NCBI GenBank assembly: GCA_029717555.1
Contig: JAMDHS010000026.1
Location: 186,001-243,648 of the forward strand
Reading direction: 5' to 3'
Source: Peribolospora baueri
Taxonomy: Eukaryota
DNA: 57,648 nucleotides
In this document: piece after piece, positions 35,618 through 49,679 of the stretch
Layout: each line of letters begins with the position of its first letter
Numbering within the stretch: the stretch's first letter is position 1
Position numbers and translations under genes: made by a program
The notes under the pieces: generated by a model
Told to the model about the DNA's origin: nothing
What the model saw: the letters and a program-made list of their open reading frames with translations, nothing else
Databases searched by the model: none

Positions 35618-36246
35618 TCACTCGGTCGATGCCTTCCGCTTGCGAGCCTCCAAGGCTTCCTTCTCCAGCCTGGCCTGTCTCTTATCCAGCCGCTCTTGGC
35701 GAAGTTGCTCGAGAGAGGCTCTAATGTCCTCACGATCTGACGGAGGTTGCTGGAAGGGAAGGGAATCCAAAATGAAAAAGGAGGATCGTGAGCGCGAGAG
35801 CCCAAATGAATATTGGAAGATTATTTGAAACGGTTTTGTCTTCTCACATTTGTCGCCTCCTTCGGCGGCCAATAACGGTCTCGGTACTTAGGGACGGCAG
35901 AAAGGCAGAAGGTGGTTGTGAAAGCCAGCAGAACAAAAAGAGTTCAGAGCTAACCTGGCCGGACGGAACATAAAGCAGTGGGAACGCAAGTTGCACCCAC
36001 AGGAAGGACGTATTTAGTGTACCAATCCGGATCGCCATAGTGGATCATGATGGCGACCGGGAAGAAGACGTAGCTGTGACCGAGAGTGAACCGAAATTGA
36101 GCAGAATGAAGAACAGCGATGGAGGCGGAAGAGGATCGCCGCATCAGTGACATTGCCTGTCCATCCCCGCTCTCCTCTCCGTTGCTTCCACTGGTTCTGA
36201 CGACTCACAGACCGAACTTGAACAGCTCGAGATTGGGGCCCGCCAT
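35618..36246 (-). CDS. PET100: Cytochrome c oxidase assembly factor Pet100
   Basis: Four short exons: MAGPNLELFKFGL|YVFFPVAIMIHYGDPDWYTKYVLP|YRDRYWPPKEATN|QPPSDREDIRASLEQLRQERL...STE. The ORF track does not capture it as one ORF. Confidence 0.87.
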
Positions 36247-36391
36247 GGTGGTGGTTGAAAGCGGGACGATCCGGTGGTTTTCGAGTCGTCGGACAAGAAT
36301 GATCGGATGCCGCAGCGTTTGCGAAGGTGGGTGCAGCGCCGGCGAGCACTCCCTTCCCTCCTTTCGTCTCGCCTGCCGAGCACGAGCGAGA

Positions 36392-37402
36392 ATGCAGGCT
36401 CCCTTTTCTATACCAACCCAGGTCCACCACTCCGATCCATACTCTTTCTCTACAGGGCCAGCCCCACCGTTTTCTACCCAATCGACGTCCGGGGTGGACG
36501 CGGAATCCGACGACGACTGGCTCGCGGACGACGACGGCGGCGGCGAGGCCGGAGCGGCGGAGAGGGAGTGGCAGAAATTGAGCAACCGGTACTCGGATGT
36601 GGGTGTCTCGTGCCGTCTACGTACTCAGGGGGTGGTTTGGTTGGGATCCCTTATGAAACGAGGGCTTATCTAATGGACGGTTCACCGTGTCGGAACGTGC
36701 GATCGGCAGGAAGGCTACCGAGAAGGCATAACGGCCGGCAAGCTGTCGACCCTACAAGCAGGGTTCGACGAAGGCTTTACCAACGTCGGCGTCCCCCTCG
36801 GTCGACGTCTTGGACGGCTCCGGGGAAAAGCGCAGGCTTTACTTTCTTATCTCTCCACCGCCGTGTCCGCTTCGAGCACCCCTCGAGCGCGATGCTCGCC
36901 TTCCACTCCCGGTGTTAACAGACCGACTCCTCGCACCGCCGGTGCGAGGAACATCTTCGGCCACGCAGGAGAGGCCACGGCATTGGCAGACGAGTCGGAT
37001 CTTCTGGAATCTCTTCGAGCTCTCATCAGCGATTTGTCCCGCGTGCGTCTTGACGACATCGCCGCGCCCGACCAAGAGGCGATTGAGCACGAGAGGGAGC
37101 ACTTGGATGCTGCAGCTCGGGGCACTGTGAGGGGGACACCTACCAATCATCCGAACGTTGAAGAGGACATGGTAGGCGTTGGTACGGCCGGATGGGACGA
37201 GCGGGAGAGTCGCAAGGAGATGGACATGCTCGAGGACTTGATGGAGGGCATGGGCCGGCCTAGGGGCGATGGAGCAATCACCGTCGACGGAGAGGCAAAG
37301 CTCACAGCTTTGGAAGCAAGGTTACGTGAACTGATGGCTCAAGCCGGCCTCGGTGTACCCTCAACGAACTTTCAGAGCGCATACTCCGTTGCAGAGCGTT
37401 AA
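36392..37402 (+). CDS. YAE1: Yae1 (CIA/Lto1 adaptor for Rli1 Fe-S insertion)
   Basis: join(36392..36598,36710..37402). EREWQKLSNRYSD|EGYREGITAGKLSTLQAGFDEGF...GRRLGRLRG shows the GX3 repeat of the Yae1_N domain. Confidence 0.87.
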
Positions 37403-37499
37403 GACTTTATTTTCTTTTTCTCCTATGATCGGTGGATCATCACATTCGAGCTATGTTACATGCAGCACACGTCCTACACGTAGCACGTTCATCCCTATT

Positions 37500-39779
<2,280 letters not shown>

Positions 39780-40015
39780 GACTGTGACAAGCCGCCGAGA
39801 TGTGTGTTGGTGGCCGAAAAGGAAGGTGGTAATGGTGAGGATGCTCTCCCAGTCGCCGAGCGCGCGCCTCCGCTTCTCGATCACTGCTTTTCTTTGCCGC
39901 AGCTTTCCAGCTTCGAAACACTTCGTGGGAGCGAATGCTCTCCGGTCAGGGTAGACGGACAGACTTCCACTGTTCTCCTTCTTCTCTTGTTTTCGCCTCC
40001 TCTGTTTTCTTCGTC

Positions 40016-42227
40016 ATGGCGGCAGCCGAGGCAGGGCCTTCTTCGCTGAGTGCAGACGGCGTCTTGCCCTCGCCATCTATCACTCAGGCGCTAGACGAGC
40101 GCATCACCACCATCACAGCCGACTCGACCTGCCTCCTAAAGTTGCCCTCCGGTACGCTCAAGTCCGTCAAGCTCCAGCGCGGATCGACGATCAGTCTGGG
40201 CAAGTTTGGCTCTTTCAAGGCGGACGATATTATAGGCCAGCCGTACGGGTTCACCTATGAGATCGATGGGACGGAGAAGCTCAAGGTCGTGTTGAATTCC
40301 ACATTGTCCGATATAGGTGAGCGACAAAGCAGCTCTAATCGGACCTCTCTTGGTTCGCTCCCGCGCCACGAGACGCAGGACCTAGTGAGGCAACGCACAC
40401 TGACAATGAGAGTCACTTTCGGTTGTGTTCCAAAGAGGAGACGGATGCCAACAACGAGAACATCATAGACAATGGCGCGAGCCAAAAGCTGACCTTCGTA
40501 GACATCGCCGCGCTCAAAGAGAAGGGGCTGAGCGGAAGGGTGAGCTTCAGTACCGATGAGGAAATTGATCTCTTCAGCTCTGCTGGTGACTGACTGTTAA
40601 CGTGAGTTTCCGTACTGTGCTCTATTAGGATATCATCATGCAAGCGGTCGAAGGTAGTACGACGTACCAACTACGTACAGACTACAGCAAGGACAAATAT
40701 GTCAAGCGCAAGGAGGCCAAGTGAGTGTGGCATTTTGGACAAGCCCTAAGTAACATTTAGACAAAGTCGATGTGCTGATGCCACATCATGTACCTGACCG
40801 TCGCAGGCATATGAAGCTTTTCACGCCACTGGCGCCGACGTGCCACACCCTCTGCGACTATAACTTTAAGAAGCACGCCGAGAAGGTTCGAGAGATCCGA
40901 CCAGACGCCCTTGCTTATATGCTGGCCTTGGTCAACGCACGACCCGGTGGACGATATATCTGTGTCGATGGCGCTGGAGGTCTCGTCGTAGCATCGATGC
41001 TGGAGAGAATGGGCGGTGAGTCTTGCATGGCTGTTGGGTACGGAAAGATCCTCCTCCCTAACGTTCCTACCCGTTATTCGACGACTTCCGCAGGCAGCGG
41101 TACGCTTCTCACTATCAATGACACAGACTCTCCACCTGCTTTCGACCTTGTATCGCAATTCAACTTCCCAGCCCAGCAGATAGACGGTGTCCTCAAGAGC
41201 AACCTTACTTGGGCAGCCGTCCAACCGGATTGGGAACTGCGTGCGTGAAACGACGAGACAATTTGTTCCCTGCCCTCACACCTAGCTTACCCTCTTCATG
41301 CGTTGTCCAATCCAATAAGCTGAACCGCCCACGACTGAAACCAGTACGACGCGACCGGGCAATAAGCCGTTACAGGAGCGTGAAAAGGCGCGAATCCGGA
41401 GGCGAAAGGCCGCCTACGACGAAACTAGGGCGCAAAGGGAGGAGCTTTTCGCCGGAAACTTTGACGGGTGAGTCGTACGAGAAGCGACCGTTGGGCGCAT
41501 TAGGAATCTGGTGGCTAATGCGTTGTCGGACTACCTATCGAATGATGATTTCCTCCTCTTGGCTCGAAGCTTGATCGTCGCGAGTCAATACGAGCCATAT
41601 TCTGTCGTAGAAAGCTTGCGTCGCTTCATGGGCGGTTCTGCTTCTATCGTCGTCCACAATCCTTACCCGCAAGTAAGCGATATCGTCCATTATCGTATTT
41701 GCCATTGTAGGCTGCGACGATTATTGACAATCCTTTCGACTTCTCTGCTAAAACAAGCTTTTGACCGAGGCCCAAGCCAAGATGCGAGCACAGCCGTACT
41801 TCCTCAGCCCGTCAGTCCACGAGCCTTGGACGAGGAGGTACCAAGTTCTTCCGGGGCGGACACATCCCGAAGTGGTGGGTGCTCTCTTGCTCTTGGCGTC
41901 ACATCAGGTTCACCGTCAGGCAATCGAAAAAGAATCTCACTTGCCGAAGCGTCGTCTCCTTCTTCCGCGCATCCAAACGACCCGCCCGCCCATCTCCAGA
42001 CGATGTCCGCCTCAGCAGGCTGCGTCCTACACACTTACGTCGTCATCCCAGATGACACTGCCTCCTCGTTCAAGGCTTCCCGATCAGGCGCGCAGGCCAA
42101 GCGGAGACGTCTTGAGGCGCAGGCCAAGTCGGCGTCGGCGTCTCCTGTGCCGGAGAGTCGAGCAGAAGGCGAAAAAGGGGATGCGCCGGCACAGGATGGG
42201 AGTGTCGACAGCGGGGCGGGCGGGTAA
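40016..42227 (+). CDS. TRM6: tRNA (adenine58-N1)-methyltransferase non-catalytic subunit Trm6/Gcd10
   Basis: About 9 exons. Motifs LLKLPSG, ISLGKFGSF, GQPYGFTYEI, QKLT..DI..LK, YSKDKYVKRKEAK and EPWTRRYQVLPGRTHP. Confidence 0.93.
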
Positions 42228-42500
42228 CTCGTCAAGCGGTGATGGAGGAGGCACGGAGGTGCAGGTGCCGACCGAAGGGAAGAACGGCTTGTCTGCCCCT
42301 TAAGGAGTCATTTGCTGACGGCAACAAAGCGTACGCAGCAAATTTATATTCGGCTTGAGATGCCCGAAAGTGGGAATCTTTGAAAGTACCTGGTGGCGAG
42401 TACACGAGGTTTACAGTAAGGGCACGTATACCTGCCCGTATTACATACAAAGTGGATGTTGGACTTGGAGGAAGGCCTAAATGCACGTAAGACGCCTTAC

Positions 42501-45500
42501 TCAGATACCCCAGCCCAGGCCTCCACGCACCCATTTGTCCACCATCTCAGAAACACGAATGCACACGGCTGCCGCCGCCCTCTCCACCTCCCCGGCCGGA
42601 TCCCCACCCGTAGAAGCTGCTGTCGCAATCGGCGCAGCACGATTGGCAGCGCCTTCGAACCGTTCAAAGACGCTTCGGGCCCAATCCGCTATCCTCGAGA
42701 GAATGAATCCATGGTCGCGAGTTGCAATCCGCCCCTGGTCAAGCTCGGCGCAGGCGTCTAGGACTACTAGAGAGAGCGACAACAGGGCGGTCAAGAGCAC
42801 GTAGGAAGAGTCATCCGGTGACTCCTCGCCCGGCCCTTGTCTGAGCAGAGTTATAGTTTGCGCGGATGGCGCACCGACACCAAGCAGTCTGCCAATGCCG
42901 AGGATGTCGTTGACCATGACGACGAGCTCGAGGATTCTCTCCACGATGATACTCTGAAAAGCCGGCGAGTGTCGAGCTGCGTGGACCATGACTCCCAGAG
43001 ACGTGAAGAACTTTCCGAGCAGAAGAGGGTCGTAGAGCGTTCCCGTGCCAGTGCCTGCGTATTTGGAAGCTTGAGAGCCGGGAGTCGTACGCAGACCACG
43101 AGTCGACAAGTGGCGCAAGTGCTCTGAGAAGCGCTCCACGAGCGGCAGGATAAAGACCTCTGCAGCTACTTCGTTGTAGCTCAGCGGTCTGACGCCGGAA
43201 CCTCCGAGCTGTGACGACGTCGCCTTCGCCAAAGCGGCTTCTTGCTTGGCGACCACTTCGGGCCGCTTACTGAACCTTCGAACAGTCAGCTTTCTTTCCC
43301 GTTGCAGCTCAGACGATTTCTCTTCTCCCCCTTGGCGCACTTGATCGATCGCTGCAAGGCGCAACCCCTCCATCACTACTTCGAGCTGTCCTGTCTGTTT
43401 TGATAGCTCCCCGTCGCCTTGTAGATGGGCAACGTCTCCCGGGCTTGCGTATTTGCGATGCAGGTGTGGAGGAAGAAGCTTTGAAGGGAACACACGCGAG
43501 GGAGGAGCAGGCGAGCCTGACTCAGGGCGAGATGGCGTGAAACCGGCGAGCTCACGAGCGGCGAGCGCTAGTGCAGTTAGCATGGCAACCCTTTGAGCAA
43601 TAGAGTATTGGTGGTGAAAGTATTGTTCGATGACACAGCTGAAAGTAGAGGTCGTGTTTACCACATATCAGCCAAGGAGTAAAATCATCCAGCTACCGAA
43701 GGAGTTGTCATTGTATACTCACCCAGCGGCGCGTTCTGGAGAGCAGACAATGACGGCCGTGAGAGCGGCCGTACGTCGCTCCTCAAATTGCTCTAGGTCA
43801 AAATTGTTCTGCAGCGAGAACAGTGCGAAACACAGATCGACGGCGTTCTCGTCTGGCAGGAAGGAACATGGAACACCGATCATAATCAGCTCAGGTCTTT
43901 GAGTTGTGATTCTCGTCTCCAACGGAATCTATCTACTCACCGACCTCGCCGCCCCAACCCTTCTTTCGTCTCACCAAAGCGTCCGCATGCTTCAGGGCCG
44001 TTTCAATCTTCTCGACGTCTCCGCTCCTGAGCAAAACGCCCAGCTCGGAAACGTAGATGGGTGGCCGGATCTTCTTCTTTTTCGGATCGATCATCGATGA
44101 GTCGTAAGGCTGATCGTGATCCGGCAACTCGTCTTCAGACTCGCTCGCTGAAGACTCCGAAGGCGGCAGATCGTACCCTTCGAGACCGTCTTCGGTTTCA
44201 GATCCCGACGCGGAGTCCAGCGACTGGATCAGCGGCGTCGTCTTTTTCTTGCTCCTTTGAGGTGGTTGAGCTTTCTTCAGTACTCTGTCTTCGTGCCTAC
44301 CAGCCCTGATACCGCCTTCGTCTCCCTCATTTACCGGAGGCTCCACGACTTCGCTCGGTTTTTGCGTCTGGATTTCCTGGCCCTTCATCGGTTTAGCACC
44401 TTCGCTGGAGCTTGCACTGTCGAACCCTAACGCTGTGTCGACGAGCCGCCACACTTCACGCCATCCGCCTTGAGGGTCTTTCTCCTCCTCCCATCCCTCG
44501 CAGCTCAGACGCTCGCTCCACCGACGTAAAGCCCGCGCTTCCGCTCGACCAGGCGCATCTCCCTCCCAGAAGGAAGCAGAGAACTTCAGAGCCTTAGGCG
44601 GCTCGCCACCGGCGGAGGCGGAGCCAGTCAGTACGTCGAGATCCTTATCGTCGTCTTGCGTAGCCATTGCCGGCTTCTTGCCTATTGTTTTGCTCGGGGA
44701 TTTTGATGACGACGCTATTGCAGAGACGGTCTGTTCGCTCACGAGTTCTGCGGTCAACATGCCCAGAAGCCGAACGGAAGGGCTCATGTGCGACAAGTGC
44801 GCGTGAGTGCCGTTCAGAAAGTCGGGATGCATTGATAGGCGGACAAGGGCCGGGTGATTTGTTGAGAGCATAGAGATGGCGGCGATGAGAAGGGTGGTAA
44901 GAACTGGAGACGATCACGAGGAGTCAGGGCGCCAATAGTGCAAGGACGAAATGAAAGATGAACAACGTACAGAGACGATGTGAAAAGGACGCCATCCTGA
45001 CACTAGTAGTATCGGCCCAGTGTGGCAAGATGCGGAAAAGCATATTGGCTATGGCTGGCCGATTTGTTAATGAAACGCGCAAAAACGTCAGTGTAATCCT
45101 TTGACTTAGAGGAGCACAACATCCCGCACCTTTTTGGCAGTCGGCCGTTTTTCCCGTATCAGAATCGGCCACAGGTCGACCTTCAACCCACTTCATCACC
45201 GCTCGCGCTATTCCTGAGTTCCATTCTTTTGACATTCCAGCTCCTCCCAGAACGACTTGGTCCACCAAAGCCTCCTCTGATTGGAGTTCGTCTTCGTCAT
45301 CTGAAGACGCTGTCGGCAATGGCGCCCTCACAAAGAACGACAACAAGGCCGCCGCCCCTCGGCTGCGAGCTTCTGCATCCCATGACGCAAAATAAGCCTC
45401 AACTTCGCTCGCATTTCCCTTCCCCAAGCGACCTGAAGCAGACGGTGTGACGTCTGCAAGCAAAGGGGACCGTTGCAAAAAGCTTAGAAGACCGCGCAGA

Positions 45501-46608
45501 AAGATGGTCTTCTCCGAGAGGACAATCGCGTCGACTAGCCTGGTCCATGCAGAGCGATAGCTCTGAGGGATGGTGAGAGAAAGTAGAGGAGGGTTGTCGG
45601 TCGAGCGATGTGACAGGATGTTGAGGAACAAGGACGGGAAAAAGGAGTCGGATGCAGAAAGAGAAGCGGACGGGTCGGTCACAAAGCCAGTGCGGATGAG
45701 CTTGGACAGCAAAGGGAGAACTGCCATGGCTGTGAATACAAGACAGTCAAGGTGATCAATACGACGATATGACGTTATAACATGCTAGACAAAGAAACGA
45801 GCGCAGACCAACCAGAGCCATTCTCGCCCATTCTCCAAACGAAATCGTCCATCTGCCTCGTCAAGACCGCGTTCCATTCCCTCCATCCTAGTTCGGTGGG
45901 TACGTCCACAGATACCACCTTATCTCGAGCCAGGCTGGCAGCGTTGGCCACCTTAGCAGGAACACTAACCAGAGCCTTGACGGAGTCCTCCCACGCAAGT
46001 TGTCTCTTCGATGGCATGGGATGACGGAGTGCTGAGGTAAATGTCGCATTGTGAAGAGAGGTGACGGAGTGCCGCTCAACTAGGAGCGTCAGCAAGTGAA
46101 AAACGTTCGAAAGTAGCGTTGGATGGGGGGCGCTGCCGCCAGACGGAGCAGCAATGGAGGAGAGCGTAAACAGAAGGGTGTGCAGGCCTTGTAGAGCTAT
46201 TGCTGATGCAGAGCCGTCTACTTGCTCTACGGATGTTGAGGAGGCAGCGCCCGCACAGACCGGGGCAAACCATGCGCCGAGGACATCCTCCCAGAGCCCA
46301 ATCCTGTCGAGCTCCCCCGCCCAGTGAACAATCACATGGTCAACCAAAGCCGTCTGAAATCCCTTGACGCTCCTCCTAAACGCGGCTGTTTTTTCTTGTC
46401 GACTGGCAGGCAAACCAGCTGCAGAGGCTGTCCAGCCATGTCGCCGTCGGAGTCGGTCGTTTGATACGAGGCCGAGCAAGTCAAGTGGAGGCACGAGCAA
46501 GTCCAATAGCGCTTCGACAGAAGTCACCGGTTGCAACAGGCTTGACCGCAAAACTTGCAGGTGCGCAACCACCGCCCTTTCCCCTTCTCTGTCGACGTCG
46601 ACGTCCAT
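42501..46608 (-). CDS. TEL2: Telomere length regulation protein Tel2 (TTT complex)
   Basis: About 6 exons. Tel2 core IRPPIYVSELGVLL...ALKHADALVRRKKGWGGEV|DENAVDL...LQNNFDLEQFEERRTAALTA...QYSIAQRVAMLTALALAARELA, preceded by an acidic linker. Confidence 0.9.
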
Positions 46609-46930
46609 CACGGGCAGACGCAGGCCAGATGTGAGAAGTGTGATCGAAAGGCTGCCATCACCGGGCAAAGTGAATGACGATTAGTCAGCTGCCGATCATT
46701 CGCATGTGGAATCCTACCGAGCTTCCGGGTAGGCGCCGCAGTCAAATAGCAGCTGTACAGGTTTGGATGTTCTCGGACATAAGACCGTTGAGCCCGGGCC
46801 GCTTATCACCGGCCCGCAATCCGGCGTCGCCTTTCCTCTTCCTCGTTGTCCATCAAGTCGCCACCGTCGGTCTCAAGCTCTCCTCTCTTCAACAACACCC
46901 ACTCGTCCATCTTTTAGACAAGTCGACAAA

Positions 46931-48409
46931 ATGGCCCGCCGACCCGCGAGGTGCTACAGGTCCGTATATGTCACTGCGTTTTCTCCTTTGGGGTAGTTCA
47001 GCGGAATCTTCAAGGATCAGCACCATCTAACGTTGTAATCGCGTACTCCTGTCGCTTCGCTTCAACAGGTACTGCAAGAACAAGCCGTTCCCTAAGTCGC
47101 GGTACAACCGTGAGTGGAGCGATTGAATGGGGAATTTTTAGAGTCGAAGGGGTGTATCTAAACGAACGACTGTTCTACTCCGCACTTTTGGTCATCAGGT
47201 GGTGTACCCGACCCCAAGATCCGCATCTTCGACCTTGGCAGGAAGAAGGCTTCGGTGGACGACTTCCCCGTGAGCATCTGATATGTTCTCGTCATGAGCA
47301 AGTTTGTGTTGCCTGGAACCATGGTTCGGTTTAAGCATAGACGGACCTTCGAGTGTTCGAGGACGAGTGGGATGGGAGGAGGGTGACATCGGATGGGATC
47401 AGCAGCGGTTGATGTGTGAGGTGGTGAGGTCAACAATATTAACATGATTCTAACCATGAATCGTGTTCTGCCTTTTCAGTTCTGCGCCCACCTTGTCTCC
47501 GACGAGTATGAGCAGATCGGCTCTGAGGCTCTTGAGGCCGCCCGTATCTGCGCCAACAAGTACATCACCAAGGTGTCTGGCAAGGACTCCTTCCACCTCC
47601 GCGTCCGTGTGCACCCCTTCCACGTGATCCGCATCAACAAGATGCTTTCCTGCGCCGGTGCTGACAGGTAAGTCCTGTACCGAATTGCGTATATTTCTCT
47701 CTATGTCTTTAATGTCTGACTCGCGTTGGATCTCCATATTAGGCTCCAGACCGGTATGCGTGGCGCTTGGGGCAAGCCTTACGGCACTGTTGCCCGTGTC
47801 AACATTGGCCAGATCATCTTGTCCGTTCGCTCTCGTGAGAGCAACAAGGCCGTCGTCATTGAGGCCCTCCGCCGCTCTCGCTACAAGGTGAGTGCACGCT
47901 TGATGCTATCGCGAGCACATGGCGTGAATCGTCGAGATCGTACTAACATCGTTATATTTTACTCATCCAGTTCGCCGGTAGCCAGAAGATTATCATCTCC
48001 AAGAAGTGGGGCTTTAGTGAGTACCCGCATGACCTATGCCATTGAGACGCTCGTCGAGTGATGAATCGCGTCACGTCTTCGTTTCCAACCGTGTACAGCC
48101 AACATGAATAAGGACGAGTACTTGGAGAAGCGCAACAGCAACAGGGTCATGTCCGACGGCTGCTACGTAAGTCGCTCAATTTTGCTACCACTTCTCCACT
48201 GGCCTGCAACCTGATTTCTCACATTGCTGCATCACTTCAACTTTGATGAATGCAGCTCCAGTACATCAACAACCACGTAAGTATTTTCTTGCCGGAAAAT
48301 AGAAGTATGAATGTGGCCCTAAACAGCTTTGCGTTCTACATCGACATCACAGGGTCCCCTCGAGGCGAACCTCCAGGCTCAGGAGCGCGCCGCCGCCTCC
48401 TTCGCTTAA
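46931..48409 (+). CDS. RPL10: 60S ribosomal protein uL16 (L10)
   Basis: Nine exons: [41 protein letters not shown]...[31 protein letters not shown]...ISKKWGF. Includes a 21-nt microexon at 48256..48276. Confidence 0.98.
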
Positions 48410-49212
48410 GAGGCTGCGCGCTAGGAAACGATGCCCCCCCGGGTCGTTTGACTGGTTGCGCATGCCCCAGGTGGCTCGCCTTGGATTACGCGTACGTGTA
48501 CGTTATGCGAGCGTGCAAGCCCGTTTCTTCTCGGCCTTGGCCTGTTTCGAGATTGAGGGTTCGTAAGGGTATTGCTGGCCAGCTGCTTGGTCAAGCAGAC
48601 GGACGGTCTCTGTGTTTTGTTCTACCTCAGATGTTCCACCGCTCTCGCGCGTCATCCCTTTTATTCATCACGCCGGCCTTATTCGGTGGCCGTGCGGTTG
48701 AGGGAAAGAAGGGAAAGATGGATGGACTCCTCGTCCTTTCCTGACCTCCGTTTCTGCTTCATTCGCAATTGTTCACCTGGCGGGCGTACGCTGTTCTCCA
48801 TGGCGTGTGGCTAGGGCGGAGTCAGGACACACGGGTTTTGTTTTCGGCTCTGAATGTATCTTCCCCATCCATCTCTCTGCAAGAAGGAATAACTTTGTTG
48901 TATATGCGCGTGCAATTTTGCTTTCCATGTTCACCAAACCGTGACATGTTGAACCCGACAACGAGTCGGGTGAGGCCGTGGCACGTCACAAGGCAAGTCC
49001 ACCCAAGATGCTCCTCTCAAAGGCACAATGAGCCATTGAGCTGTCGTTGGTCATAACGAATGAATATTTGTGCTTTGCAAGAACATCTGCGGAGCACTCA
49101 TGGGTGGGGCACGGAGGGAGAAAACATTGCCAAGACTTCACCTGCCCACGTGAAGCCGTCGTCGGTGGACGCCTATAGGCCGACACCGTGGTCTGGAGCC
49201 AGAGCCGCTGTC

Positions 49213-49490
49213 ACGCGTGAAACAGACTGTAAAGGCACTGCGAGCAGTCTTCGTGAGCGTAAGAGCCACATGTTAAATGAGAAGCTTGACACGCTCGGGG
49301 GGTCAATAGGCAAAACAATTCTAGGCGGAATGCAAAAATGAGCTATCCCCTTCCTCCGCTACTTGTCACAAGCCTAGGAGGAGCGAAGAACTGTTCGAGT
49401 ATAGGGTTGCAACCATCGAGCTATGAAGGACGGGAGCGATCTTCCGATCGGACGCGGTCGCGGCGCGCGTCCCTCTTTACGCGCTCGCGC
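49213..49490 (+). promoter_or_regulatory. Cluster of MCB-like elements (ACGCGT/ACGCG) upstream of MSH6
   Basis: ACGCGT at 49213, and ACGCG/CGCGT cores at 49452, 49466 and 49479. MSH6 is a G1/S MBF target in yeasts. The GC-rich background lowers significance. Confidence 0.4.
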
Positions 49491-49520
49491 TCCACCCCGC
49501 CTCCCTCCTTTAACTCACCC

Positions 49521-49560
49521 CACCACACCACACCACACCACACCACACCACACCACACCA
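49521..49560. repeat. (CACCA)n pentamer microsatellite
   Basis: Direct reading of the sequence. Confidence 0.9.
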
Positions 49561-49679
49561 ACACCACCAACCAACCGCTATTGATCCCTTCGCTCTCATT
49601 GCAAGTGCACGTTTGCTTTGACTTCAGCTTGAACATGGTATTGCAGCCGGAAAACGGGCGTGCTGGTTCGCGATCGTCC

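Noticed and set aside
46738..46748. HomolD-like CAGTCAAA upstream of RPL10
   Set aside because: A single imperfect match to CAGTCACA is not distinguishable from chance.
48017..48255. Box C-like TGATGA in RPL10 introns as a snoRNA
   Set aside because: No properly placed box D (CTGA) or terminal stem within the same intron.
48250..49400. ORFs between RPL10 and MSH6
   Set aside because: They overlap RPL10 introns and 3' UTR or are short, with no motifs or splice support.
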